A DNA stretch of 38,502 nucleotides from Rhizaria sp. SCN 62-66 (taxonomy: Eukaryota), in assembly GCA_001724265.1 (NCBI GenBank), contig MEDY01000296.1:1-38502 (forward strand). The letters are read 5' to 3'. This document shows, piece by piece, positions 11,069 through 23,074 of the stretch; positions within the stretch are counted from its first letter, which is position 1; each line of letters opens with the position of its first letter. The notes beneath the pieces were generated by a model that worked only from the letters and a program-made list of their open reading frames with translations, was not told the DNA's origin and made no database searches. Made by a program: the position numbers and the translations under genes.

Positions 11069-14000
11069 TCACTTCTTCCCAACGAGGTCCGCAGGATCCA
11101 CGAGCACAAAGGTGTTGGGCTCCTCGATGAGGTCGATCTCGTCCAGCAGGCGGTCGAGCGCGCTCGAGTCGGACTGGAACCGGAGCGTGAATACGTACAG
11201 CACAATCACGGGGAAAATCACCCTGAACGGCACGAACCACAACACGAGGAACACGACGGTGAGAATGCGGCAGAACTTCATCGACGTCGTCGGCGTGTGC
11301 CAGCGCAGCAGCGCATGGAACTTGGCGATCTTGAGGTTCTTCTTCTCCACCTCGTTCTGGATCCCCTCCAGCTTCGACTTGGCGTCCGTCACCAGCGCCT
11401 TGTAGCTACGCAGCTTCTCGATCAGCTCGCGACTGCGCGACGCCAGCGCGAACGCCGCGCGGAACGTCTTCCTGCCAGCACGTGCCTCGCGGGCCGCCTC
11501 GGGCGACAGCACGGTCTGCGCGTAGGCGACGACGGCGGCCTGCGTGCGCTCCCGGTGCGCCGCGCCCAGCAGCGACAGCGGGTGCATCGGGCACGTCAGC
11601 TGGTGCGGCGAGCCCCAGACCGAGGCCGAGAACGGCAGCGCGGCGCCGGCGCGCGCGGCCGCGAGCAAAGGCACCGGGACGCGGGGCAGCGCGCTGTCGC
11701 TGTGGAGGCTGCCGGCGTCGCCGTCGTCGTCGCTGTTGTCGTCGCAGTCGTCGAAATCAACGAAGATATCGTCGTCATCGTCGTCGTCGTCGCTGTCGGC
11801 GGCCTTGTTCTGGCCAGCGCTCCCGTTACGCGCGTCGCCCTTGCGCTTGCCGCGGCCAAAGCGCTGGCTGTCTTCGGGCAGCACCAGCGCGCCGACGCCA
11901 GTCACAGTGCTGCGCGCCGCGGCGGCCGACAGCGACGCGCCAGTCACCACGTCCACGCCCGCCGCGTCCGTGTAGCTGGCCGTGAGCGCGTTGGCGTTGG
12001 CGGTCGCCGCGGAGATGAGCGCGTTGTTGTGGTTCGCAATGCTGTTGCGAATGTTCGCGAAGCGCGAAAGGAACTTGCGCTTTTTGTCGCGCACGGCGTC
12101 CATCGCGCGCTCGATCCCGCCCCTGACGCCGGAGGGGTTGGCCGCGGGGCTGGAGCCAAAGCTCGGGCTCGCGGCGGACTGCGCTGCGGTGGAGCTGGGG
12201 ACGGCAACGGACAGAGACGCCGGCGCGGGCCGCGGGGCGGGGGCGTCGAGGCTCATGCTCAGACTGGGCGGGGCGGCGGCTGTGGCGGCGGCAGCGGCAG
12301 CGACAGCAGATGCAGCAGCGTTGCGGCTGTCGTCGTTGCCGTTGCGCGACACCGAGATCGAGTGGCTTTGCCGGCGCTTCTGCTGCCGCTGCCTCTGGCG
12401 CAGCGTGCCGGTCGCTGTGTCGGCGTCGTAACCATCGTCGCCGCCGTCGCCGTCGCCGGCGTCACTTTGCCTGTCGCTGCCGTCATCGCCGTCGCTCTCG
12501 CTGTCGCTAGCGCTCGCAGCGCCGTCACTCTCACTTCCGCTGACGCCGCCCGCCGCAGCCTTCGCGGCGGCTCTCGCAGCAGCGCGGGCGACAGCCTTGG
12601 CCGCAGCCTTCTCAGCCTTGGCCGCAGCCTTCGCAGCGGCGGCGGCTGCAGTGGCGGCCGCGGCGGCCTCGTTGCTCTTAGCGAGCTTCCTGGCGGCGCG
12701 AGCGGCGGCGACGGCGTCGTGGCGCGGGCACTTGCATGTGGCCTGCGTGGCGATAACGACTGCGCGCAGCACGCGCTCGCGGCGCACGTGCGCGGGCCCC
12801 GTGGGGTCGCGCTCAGCCCAGGGCGCCAGCACCAGCTCCAGGAACCACGGCGCCTGGCGGTGCGCAAGCAGCAGAGAGAGCAGCAGCAGCACCGCGAGCG
12901 CGGGCAAGTAGCTCAGCTTGTCCTGCGCGGCGAGGTGGAGCAGGAACACGAGCGTCGACAGCGTGAACCACGGCCGATGCCACTGCACAATCGTGCGGCC
13001 AATCGCGACGGCCACGAACACGGGATCGACGAGCCGCCGCAGCATGGACACGTTCGACACGAGGGCCTGGATCGAAAAGGGCGTGCGCTCGCGCGGCGCG
13101 GCCACATCGAGTCCCGCGGCAAAGTCGTCGAACTCGGGGTCCGAGAAGCGCAGCGCAAGTGGGGCGCCCGCGCCGTCGGGCAGCGCGCGCGCGCGGGGCC
13201 GCGCAGAGCCCACGGCCACCGCGGTCGACGCGCCCGCGGCGGCCGACTGCGCCGCGACGGCCGAGAGGGCCTGCGCGGCGCGGGCCGTCGTGCCCGGCAG
13301 CAGCGGCGAGGCCGGGTATTGCAGTCCGGACGCGGGCTGCGGCGACGCAGACGCGGAGCCGGGCGCTGAGGCCGTCGCCGCCGCCAGCAGAGCCGCAGAC
13401 GACGCGGCTGAGGCAGCTGAGGTCCCGGGAGACGTCGTCGTAGTAACCGCAGCTGCGCTGCCGGGACCGGTATAGACCGCGCCGTTGGCAGCGAGCGAGC
13501 GGTTGGGCACAGCCGGCGAGGCCGTAGCTGAGGCCATCGACAGAGCGCCCGGTGACACCATCCCAGCGGCAGCGGCGGCGCTGTTTTCAGCAGCATCGCC
13601 GGAGGTGTTGGTGACGCTTGTGGGCGCGGGCAGCAGCGGCAGCGCGCCGACGGTTGCGCCCGCAGCAGTGACGGCGGGGGCGACGTTCGTGGGGAGCGGC
13701 GCGGCGAGCGTGGTGGTCGCACACGCAGCGGCCCCGGTCCCCGCCGCGGCTGCCGCGGCCGTCGCCGGCGGCGCGGCGGCAGGCGCGGGGACGGAGATGA
13801 CGGGGGAGGAGATGCCGATCGCGGTGGCCAGGTCGAACCGCGGCAGCACCTTGTTCAGCAGCGAGCGGCGTGTCTCGCGCTCGCGCCGCGCGGCGTCGAC
13901 CTGGTCCTTGAGCGACATCAGCAGCGCCAGCCCGCGCAGCTCGAGCAGATGCGCCAGCGGCAGCACCGCGGTCGCGCTCACGCCAGCGCCGGGGCCCGTC

Positions 14001-17000
14001 GCGGACGGGACCGCAACGGGGGGCTGACGCGCCGCGGCCGAGGCGGCGGCCGCGGCCGCGGCGGCCGGCACGGGCAGCGACATGGTCGCCGCGGCGTCGA
14101 GGTACGTCGGGTAGTAGCCGCTGCGCGTCAGCGCCGCGATGTGCTGCGTCAGCAGCATGTGCGTCTCGCGCGCCTCGCGGGCCGCGCGGCGCTCGCTGCT
14201 GCCGCCTGCAGACGCCGCAGATGTGGCCGCCGCAACAGCGGCGTTAGCGGCGGCCGCGGCGGCGTTGGTGTCGGCCGAGGCAGCGCCAGAGCCCGAGCTG
14301 GAGCCGGAGTTATTGGACGACGACGAAGACGACGACTTCTTCTTATCGGCAATGTTGCGGCGCGAAGTGACCAGAGTGCAGAACCGCGCGTGCGCCGCCG
14401 GGTCGGCGATCGCGGCGGCGTCGGCCACGGCCCACAGCGGCGGCAGCGAGTCCACCGAGGGCGTGAAGGCGCCCATGCGCTCCAGCGCCAGCCGGCGCGC
14501 CACGGTAGCGCAGATCTAAGGGTGAGCAAAGTTAACATAGTGTGATGATGTGAGATAATGCGTTAGAAAAAATTAAATTATGATTAAAAACGTGTTATTT
14601 GTGTTATTAAAGTCGTACCTCTCGTTGGAAAACGCGGAGGTAGACCTCGCGCTCCTTGCGCGTGCGGCCCAGCTTGCGCATCGCGGCCGCGGTGTAGCGG
14701 TGCACGCCCTCGGTCGCGGCAGTCGAGTGCGCAGCCAGCGCCAGTGCCGAGCGCTCGAACCGGCCCACGCAGCGCGCCAGCACGCGCGCGCGCACGGGGC
14801 CCTGCGCGGCGGCGGCCGCCGCGGCCGCGGTGGCGTCGGCCGCGAACACCGACGGCGGCGCCGCCACGCTGCCAGAGCCGCCGCCGCCCGCCACAGGGCT
14901 GCCGCCCGCGCCAGAGCCAGCGCTTAAGCCAGGGCCCGCGCCGGCGCCAACAGCGACGACGGGGGACGCCGTGGCCGAGCCCGTGGAGGAAGGCGCGAGC
15001 GCGGGCGAGGGCGTGGGCGTCAGAGCGGGCGGCAGCGGACTCGACAGCCCGAGCTTGGGCAGGCCTAGCAGCGTCGCGGCGGACACAAACGTCGCCGAGC
15101 GCAAGGCAGAGACGGAGCCTGCGGCGGCGCCGGCGTTGCCGAGGCGCGCGCTGCAGTGCGACTGCGTGCGCGACAGCGACCTTGACTGCGAGTGTGTTTG
15201 CGAGACAGACATCGAGAGCGAGAGCCCGCGCGAGCGGCGTGTGCCGAGCGCGGCCAGCCCGTCGCCCGTGGCCTTGGCCTCGTCGTCCAAGTCGGCGACG
15301 GTGTGGCCTTGAGTGCCGCCGCCGCCGCTGCCGTTGCTGCCCTGTTCGCCCTCGCTGTCGCTCCCGGCGCCGTTGAACTCGCTGATGCTGAAGGGCAGCG
15401 CGCGACTCGTGCTGACGCCGTCGCTGTCGCCTTCGCAGTCGCTGCCATCGGGGTCCCGGTCGCTGCCGGCGTCGGCCTCGGCCTCGGTGGCCGCCGCGTC
15501 CGCCGCCGTGGCCGCACTCGCCAGCGCGCTGTCCGCGCCCTCGTGGAACACCAGCGCGCCCGCGACCTCCCACAGCCTGCTCACGGTCATCAGGTCCACG
15601 AGCGCGGACGCGAAGCCCACGGTGGTGGGCACGGCGCCGATGCCGCCGCCGCCGCGCGCGCCCGCCGCCGCCGCGGCCACGGTCATGGCCGTCGCGCGCG
15701 GATCCGCCGCCGCGGTCATCGCTGCCGCCGCCGCTGCCGCGGAGTCGTCGACGGGGTAGAAGGCGCGCGACGGCTGCAGCAGCGGCTCCTCGGTCAGCCC
15801 CAGCGTGCCCGCGGCGGACTCGGCCGCGCGCTCGGCGGCGGCCACGGCGCTGGTGGCGGCCTGCGGCGCGCCGAAGCCCGCAGCAAAGGCGGCCATGGGG
15901 CCCAGCGGCGCGGGCGTCGACGGCGCGGCCATCGACCCGGCGCCGGAGCCGTTACTGCTGTACGCGCTTTGGTTGTAGCTGACGCTGTGGCTCGGGGTGT
16001 ACGCGTACGCAGGTGTACTGGCGATGGCGTGGCTCGTCGTCGGGGCGGCGAGGGACACGGAGATGCTACGAGAGCCCCGTGGCGTGGACGTGGGTGACCC
16101 CAGCGCGTAACCGCCGACGCTGTACGCACCACTGCCGCCGACGACGTCGCCGGCGGTCGAGCTCGAGCCAGCGCTCGCGTTGGAGACCGTGAGAGACGCG
16201 TTGTGCGTGGTATGCGCGGCGCGGCGGCGCACAAAGAGCGCGTGCGCGGGCGTGGTGGCGTGGAACGGCGGCTCATCCTTGCCGTCGTCGGCGAGTGCGA
16301 GGTCGACGTGTTTGAGCCCGTGCATCAGAGAGTGTGGCTGTACGCCCCCGCCGACGCCGGGGGAGCTCCCCGCAGTCGCCGGCGTCAGCAGTGCGCAGCC
16401 CGCCGAGTCGACGGCAACGCCCGTCGGCACGGGCGCGAAGAGCGCGCGCGCGGCGGCGGCGATCGCGCCCGCGGGGCCTGACAGCGACACGGCAGTCGCG
16501 GCGGACGCGGCGGCGGCGGACGCGGCGGCGAGCGCTTCCTCGGCGGCCGAGCCTTCGAGAGGCTCGGTGAACCACAGACGCAGCGTGTACACGAACTGGT
16601 CCGCGGGCACACGGCGCGCGCTCTGGCCGCTGCTGCCGCCTGTCCCGCCGCCGCTGCCGCTGAGCGAGAGGGAAGAGGGGCACAGCACGTCGCCGCTCGC
16701 AGCTGATGCGGAGAGAGACGAGGCGTAGGGCGACGGGGGCGGGTATGAGATGGACGATGGCAGCGAAGCCATGGAGCCGGAGCCCGTGCCGTAGGCAGGA
16801 ATGACGTGGTGGTCAGTGCTGCCCCCGTTGTTGTGGCCGCCGTCCTTCTCCTTCTCCTTGTCCTTGTCTTTGCCGGTGAGGGCCGAGGCGAGCGAGAGAA
16901 TGCCCGCGCCGACGTGGCGCCGGCGCAGCAGCTCCACGCCGCGCAGGGACGCGTACGACCACGCGCGGTCGCGCGAGAGCTGCCCGCGGAACAGCAGGCG

Positions 17001-18359
17001 GTCCGTCGTCAGGCCTGTGCACGACGAAAAGACAAAGCAAGCAGGAATGAGCAATGGTGAATATGAGGTCGTCAGTCAAGTAGTGAGTATTGGGGGGAAT
17101 ATTGGACAACCACAGAAATAAAACAAACTCAAAACACAACTTATGAGTTCAGGACTATCCGTACCGAGCGAGCCATTGGAGTTAGTGATGGTGGACTTGA
17201 TCTTCGCGCCGGGCCAGGCGAGGACGAGCTTCTCTGTGTCGCGCACAGCAGCCGCAGCCGCGGCCGCAGCCGCCGCGTCAGCCGCCGCCGCGCTGTCGTC
17301 GTCGCCGTTGGCAGCAGCCGCCGCAGCCGCAGCGGCCGCCGCAGAGGCCGAGGCCGCGGCTGCCCCAGCCCCGCCGCCGCCGCCGCTGTTGGCACCGCCG
17401 CTGACGGTGCCCGCGGCCGTAGCGCTGACGGGCGCGATGCCGAACGCGGCGCGGAGCCCGAATGACGTGTCGACGCGGGCCTCCGAGAGGCGGTGGAGCT
17501 GCGCCACGAAGCGCGAGAAGGTGGCGTATGTGATCGCGCCCGTGACCGGCCGCAGCGCGTGGCCGGCGCCGACGACGAGCTGCCTGCCCGCCGCGGCCCC
17601 GGTCTTGTCCTTGTCCTTGTCCTTGTCTTTGTCGCCAAAGGCCGAGAAGACGCGCGACAGCACGCCCGAAACGCCGCGCTGCCGGCGCGCGGCCTCCTCC
17701 TCCTCCTGCTTGGCCTTGGCCAGCAGGCAGCGGTCCGCGACCTGCGCGAGCAGCGCGAAGACGGCCGCGGCGTCCGCGCGCGACGCCAGCCCCAGCGCGT
17801 GCGCGTAGCGGTGCCACGCGCACGCCGCGATCGGCACGTCGGGCCCGCCGCTGGGGCCGTGCGCGGGGTGACTGTGGGCGGAGTGACCGTGGGGCACAGT
17901 CAAAGAAGACGAGGAAGCTGAGGGAGCTGAGGCGGCGGCTGGCTGGGCATCGGCGAGCCCAGTGGTGAGGATTTGGTGAGTTAATGAGGTATGCGCAAAC
18001 GCGAAGCTCTGCACAGAGCGGATCGCGGTGAAATACACGAATTCAGGGAAGCGCAGCAGCGTGCTGTTTGGCTCGTAGCGGCGCTTGTCAGCGGCGTAGT
18101 CGATGTAGCGCTGACGGAGCTCCTCGGGGGTCGCGTCCAGCAGCGCCAGGCATAGCTGGAACGGGAGCTCGTCGGTCGAGCCCGCAGGCACGACCCAGAA
18201 CTGCTGCTGTTGCAGGAGCTGTTGCTGTGTCTGCTGAGACTGCGACTAGGGAGGGTTCGCAGAGGAGGCTGAGGCCGGGGCGGCAGCGGCTGATGCGGAT
18301 GCGGCCGCTGTGGACCCCTGCAGGGGCGGCGCGGAGGTCGACAGCGACAGAGACGACAT
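11069..18359 (-). CDS. Large GRAM/PH-like domain protein with C-terminal membrane hairpins (GRAMD4/MCTP-PRT_C-like), about 2345 aa; contains an in-frame TAG at 18246-18248
   Basis: Exons 18359-17165, 17014-14619 and 14515-11069; introns 17164-17015 (GTACGG..CAG) and 14618-14516 (GTACGA..TAG); total 7038 nt, in frame, stop TGA. Splicing creates the GRAM-like EKLVLAWPGAKIKSTITNSNGSLGLTTDRLLFRG. C-terminal PFSIQALVSNVSMLRRLVDPV..QWHRPWFTLSTLVFLL and LLRWHTPTTSMKFCRILTVVFLVLWFVPFRVIF resemble reticulon-like ER hairpins. The start at ATG 18359 requires reading through TAG at codon 38. The family call is less certain than the gene structure. Confidence 0.7.
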
Positions 18360-19108
18360 CAAGGCGCGGATTGGTGGTGATAGTCACGTAAGTTGCGAGG
18401 GCTGGGACGAGCGCGGTGGCGTCGTGTCAGCAGCAACAAACGGAAGGTGGTGTGAAACGCTCCGGGCAAAAGGCGCGGAAGGCCGGGGTTTGGGAGTTAA
18501 ACGCGCGGATTACCCACGCGGGGCTGGGGAGAACAAAACGACGGGTGAAAGCACGAAGCTGTGCGAGGGTGAATGTCCTGAAGAGCTGTGGGGGGTGGGC
18601 GACAGCAGTGTGGGACCAGGGAGGCACTGTGAGAGTGATGTAGATAGTGCGGTGTGGAACCAATACAATTAAGATGGCAAAACGGAAATGGAAATATATA
18701 AAATTCGTGAAACTAAAACCAGTCCCAAACCAGCGCTGCTGGTGACGGACGGCAACGCGGGCTTTTGAGTGTGAAAGACCACTGACATCCGTCTCCTCGG
18801 CTTCGGCCCCTTATGTCGTCATCGATTTCTTAAAATGCCGTGGGTGACCTAAAACTTGCATAAATCAAAAGAAAAACAAGAAATTAACTATGTATTAAGA
18901 TCAAAAGCCTTTGAATAAATACTTTTACGCCACTGATCCACCTGTACCCCTGGCCAGAACCCACTTTCTCGGCCCGATGCGCGTTTTAGACCAGAAATCG
19001 CCGTTCCTCTACATCTCTCTGGTCTTCCACTCTCGCATCAGTACCTTTCTCGGACACGCAAACACGCGTTTTTATCACAGACGCGCCGCGCGCACCGCCG
19101 CGGGTCAC

Positions 19109-20428
19109 TTAGAGCTTGTAGCCGGAGTGAATGGCGACCATGCCCAGCGAGAGCGAGTCGAAGCCGACGTTGCGGAAGCCGGCGGCGCGCATGCGCATGG
19201 CGAGCTCCTCCTTGGGCGGGAACTGGCGGATCGACTCGGCCAAGTACTGGTAGCTCGCGGCGTCCTGCGCCACGATGTCGCCCAGCAGCGGCATCACCTT
19301 GAACGAGTACTCGTCGTAGAGCTTCTGCATCACCACGTTGTCCATGGAGCTGAACTCAAGGCACATGAAGCGGCCACCCTTCTTGAGCACGCGGTGAGCC
19401 TCCCGAAGCGCCTTGTCCATCTCGGTCACGTTGCGCAGGCCGAAAGCGATGGTGTACGAGTCGAAGTGGCCGTCGGGGAAGCGGAACAGGTTCGCCGCGT
19501 CGCCCTGCTGGAACGAGATCGCTGGGTCGGCCAGCCCGTTGGACAACACGCGCACAGTCGAGCCGAAGCTAGAGGTGCTAGGGCTTGCAGTCGCAGTCGC
19601 GCTGCTAGGGTCAGCGACGATCTGGGCCTCGGTGACGGGGGCGTCGGCGAAGGGGCAGGGCACGACGTTGTAGCCGAGCTTGGTCGCGCGGTCTGCGCCG
19701 ACGTTCAGCATGTCCTGTATCGTACAACGGTTCAGCGGAGCATAACAGTGCATAGAAAAGAATGTGTTGACAATGTAAGAGGATATCGGAGTGAGATATA
19801 ATTTTGATGAAACAAAATTAAAGAAGGGTATATAAAGTGGGAATACATATTTGACTATGGAACTATATCCAGCTATGACGAGATGTTGTGTCGCAAAGTG
19901 AGAAATATCTTCGATAAAAGATGAGCGTACCTGGTTGATGTCGCAGACGATGATCTCGGACACCGCAGCGCTGGCAGCGGGAGAGCTGCCGGGGTAGGGG
20001 AAGAAGGCGCGCAAAGCGGGCATGGCGCGGAGCTTCTCGAGAATGCGGAAGGAGATGTCTCCGGTACCGCCGGCGACGTCGAGGTGCTTGATGCCGGGGC
20101 GCGGAGCGAGCGAGTGCACCATCTGGTCCTTCCACACGCGGTGGATGCCCACGCTGAGCACGTCGTTCATCAGGTCGTAAGTGTTGGCCACGCGAGTGAA
20201 AACCTCGCCGACGAGCTTTGCCTTGTCCTTGGCCTTGACGGTCTGGAAGCCGAAGTGTGTCTCGGCCGCGTCGTCAATCGTCGAGTTGCCCGCGTTGGAG
20301 TTGGCCGCGGTCGCAAACAGAGAGCGCGAAGAGCGCAGGGGAGCCGCGGCAGAAAGCGCGGAGGTAGAAGAAAACATAAGCTTGCCAAGAACGTGCTTGG
20401 AAAGCAAGCCCTTGCGAGATGCGAGCAT
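19109..20428 (-). CDS. COQ5: Ubiquinone biosynthesis C-methyltransferase COQ5 (UbiE family), mitochondrial, about 367 aa
   Basis: Exons 20428-19931 and 19714-19109; intron 19930-19715 (GTACGC..CAG). Motifs THFGFQTV, YDLMNDVLSVGIHRVWKD, LDVAGGTGDI, YTIAFGLRNVT, LKKGGRFMCLEFS, YQYLAESIRQFP; ends HSGYKL-TAA. Basic Ser/Arg-rich N-terminus resembles a mitochondrial presequence. Confidence 0.96.
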   Translation of the reverse strand: MLASRKGLLSKHVLGKLMFSSTSALSAAAPLRSSRSLFATAANSNAGNSTIDDAAETHFGFQTVKAKDKAKLVGEVFTRVANTYDLMNDVLSVGIHRVWKDQMVHSLAPRPGIKHLDVAGGTGDISFRILEKLRAMPALRAFFPYPGSSPAASAAVSEIIVCDINQVRSSFIEDISHFATQHLVIAGYSSIVKYVFPLYIPFFNFVSSKLYLTPISSYIVNTFFSMHCYAPLNRCTIQDMLNVGADRATKLGYNVVPCPFADAPVTEAQIVADPSSATATASPSTSSFGSTVRVLSNGLADPAISFQQGDAANLFRFPDGHFDSYTIAFGLRNVTEMDKALREAHRVLKKGGRFMCLEFSSMDNVVMQKLYDEYSFKVMPLLGDIVAQDAASYQYLAESIRQFPPKEELAMRMRAAGFRNVGFDSLSLGMVAIHSGYKL

Positions 20429-20977
20429 GGCTGGTTGGGTTGCAAAGTGAAGAGGGGCAAAACAGGTGTTTGGTGAGGCTATGTTAGTAGAGTCAACAGG
20501 TAGCTTTACAAAGCGAGTGCAAGAACAAAATGCAAATTGTATCATAAACAAAAATTAATATTTTGTCTCTACTGTTACTCTTGTGTTAATTCTACGATCG
20601 CTCATCGCGTGGGTACGATCGCCAAGAACGTCCGAGATGCCGGCCAGACCACCCTCTCTGTGTACTGGGAGCTGGAGCGCTGGCTGTGGTATGTGACTCC
20701 CCAACAAAACACAACTTAATGAGCCAACATGATATCAGATATGAACATCATCGCGGCAGAATATAAATGAGAGCGCTTGTCATTTAAAAATTGGTGATTG
20801 AATTTCACACTTGCAAATAGATCTGTGTATGCCTGGGCCAAAGTCGGCGTTCCCTATCAGTGACCATATAACAATGCTAAGTAAACTTTGGGTTGATAAA
20901 AAACATGATGAACACATAATGGCACAAATAAAGCTTTAAATAACAGCAATAGAGTTGTACAGCTAATAATCTGGTGC

Positions 20978-21053
20978 TCATCGACCTCCATAATTGTGCT
21001 GTTGGTGCTGCTGCTGTTGCTGCTGGTACTGTTGCTGTTGCTGAGGAGGATAC

Positions 21054-21085
<32 letters not shown>

Positions 21086-23074
21086 GTGCTGAGGAGGGTA
21101 CTGCTGCTGGTAGGGCTGCTGGTGGTGCTGCGGCAACAGGTGAGGCGGCGGCGGCGGCGGGAACTGAAGCGTCTGTTGCTGGTGTTGCATGGGAGCGTGC
21201 TGCGGCTGCTGATGATAATGCGGCTGTTGCTGCATAGGAGGACGTTGTTGCAGCTGCGCCTGCACAGCCTCCGCCCGCATCTCCTCGTCCGCGTCCGCAA
21301 ACGCAGACAGAGTGTTGACGTTCTTGGGCCGGCCCGCCATAACTGCCTGCGGCGGCATCTGCCCGTGCATCTGCTGTCCGTGCTGTCCGTGAGGTGCTTG
21401 CGGCCCCTGGGGGCCCTGGTGACCGTGGGCAAACTGGCCCTGGCCCTGGCCCTGGCCCTGCTGCTGCTGATACGGCCCCTGCCCATGCTGCTGCTGCTGC
21501 TGCTGCTGCAGCATGTGCTGTTGGTAGAACTGCGTCTGCGGCGCGCCGTACTGTGTGTGCGCGGGGATCGACCCAGGGTTGTAGGCCAGCCCCGCCACGC
21601 TCTCGGTGAAGGCGTTGCGTGGGACCTCCCCGGCGTCCAGCTGGCAGTAGCCGGTCCGCACGTCGAAGCCCTCCTTGGGGACGCGCACGCCGCGGCCCCA
21701 GCTCGGCCGTAGTACCACCGGCAGCGGCACGCCGCCCGGGCCGGCCCCCGGCAGCACCACGGTCGCGCCCGCGCCCGCGGCGCCGCCCGCGCCCGTGGCC
21801 GCGGGGTTGCTTGCCGCCGCCAGCGCCTCGAACGCGGCCACGGCGGCGCGGCGCGAGCGGTAGAAGACGAAGGCCATGCCAGGGCGCGGCACGCGGAGCT
21901 GGAACACGGGCCCGAAGCGCTGCAGCAGCGGCGCCAGATCCGCCTCTGTGATGGGCGCCTGCGGCGGCAGCGTGTTGAGGAAAAGCGAGGTCGACGCCAC
22001 GTTCACGCGGCCAGGCGCCGCGGCCGACTGGTCCTCGGTGACAACGTAGCCGTGCGTCTCGCCGGAGCCGCCCAGCCCGCCGGGGCCGCAGGGCGCGCCA
22101 GACGGCCCGCCCGCCGCGCCCGTCTGCGCGCTCGACAGCGCCTGCGAGGGCGGCGGCGGCAGCGGGCCCAGGTGCGCGTCCGCGGTGGCCGCGGGGGCGT
22201 TGGGGTCCGTGGGGACGAAGGGGCGCTTGGCGGGGCGCTCGCCACCGCTGCCGCTAACACTCTCGTCATCAGCTGCATTGGCTGCTGCGTCGGCGCCATT
22301 AGCGTCGCCAGCGCCGTCCGCGCCGGCCTTCTTGCCGCTGTTGCCGGCAGCGGCGTCAGCGGCATCGGCGGCGGCCACGGCGGCCGCGGCGGCGTCGGCG
22401 CCGAGGATGTCGACGAGCGACGTGGGGACAATAGTAGAGAGGCGGGCGAGCAGACCGTCCGCGGCGCGCGCGGCGGCCGACGCGGCCTCGGCCTGGACGC
22501 GCTTCTGGTGTGCCTCGAGCTGCCGCTGCTGTGCGGCAAGCCGGAGCTGCGCAGCCTCGCCGTCCTCGTCGTCGCTGAACTGCGCCTCCGCCTCGGCTTC
22601 AGCGGCCGCCGCGGCCGCGGCGGCGGCAGCGGGGTCGGCGACGGAGCCGCCGCCGGCGAGCTGCGCCTGGACATCGGTGCGCGCGTCTTCAATAACCGTC
22701 TTGATCTCGTCCAGGACCTTGACGTGGAAGAAGCGCTGCGAGGTCCAGTACTCGACGCAGCGCCACACCTTGTCGAAGTCGTCCAGGTTCACGTACGCGA
22801 GCGTCTTGAACGAGCCCGCGATGGTGGGCTCGAAGCGTTGCGCGAATGGGTGCTGGCGCGCGGCGCGCAGCAGCGAGTCGAGGAAGAAAACGGCCGCTAG
22901 GCGCATCTCGGGCGTGGTGCACTTACGGAAGTGGGAGGAGCAGAGGTGCACGACGTGCTTGTAGAACTTGGCGTACTTCAGGGCCACTTTAGTCGCCTGC
23001 TCGATCGGGTCGCGCGAGCTCGACTTGAGCTGGCTCAACGCCTTTTTCAGCTCGGCCTCGCCCTCGAAACTCAT
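20978..23074 (-). CDS. CID + RRM protein, SCAF4/SCAF8 - Nrd1/Seb1-like (about 698 aa)
   Basis: Single exon, ATG 23074 to TGA 20978. N-terminal CID (ATKVALKYAKFYKHVVHLCSSHFRKC..RLAAVFFLDSLLRAAR), RRM (VASTSLFLNTLP..FGPV..MAFVFY..SWGRG..FDVRTGY) and Q/H/P-rich C-terminal tail. Confidence 0.85.
20995..21513 (-). repeat. Coding Gln/His/Pro-rich low-complexity (CAG-rich) tail of the CID-RRM protein
   Basis: Dense (CTG)n on the + strand encoding QQQQQQQHGQGPYQQQQ...QQHQQHQQQQQYPPQQQQQ. Confidence 0.85.

Noticed and set aside
18730-18850. Possible ncRNA/snoRNA in a GC-richer island with GACGGA/TCCGTC complementarity
   Set aside because: There is only a 6-bp stem and no properly placed C/D or H/ACA boxes. 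It cannot be supported without a covariance search.
19715-19930. 72-aa insertion in COQ5 suggested by the continuous 480-aa ORF
   Set aside because: The segment is AT-rich with GTACGC..CAG ends, and removing it restores CDINQDML. It is an intron that happens to be 3n and stop-free.
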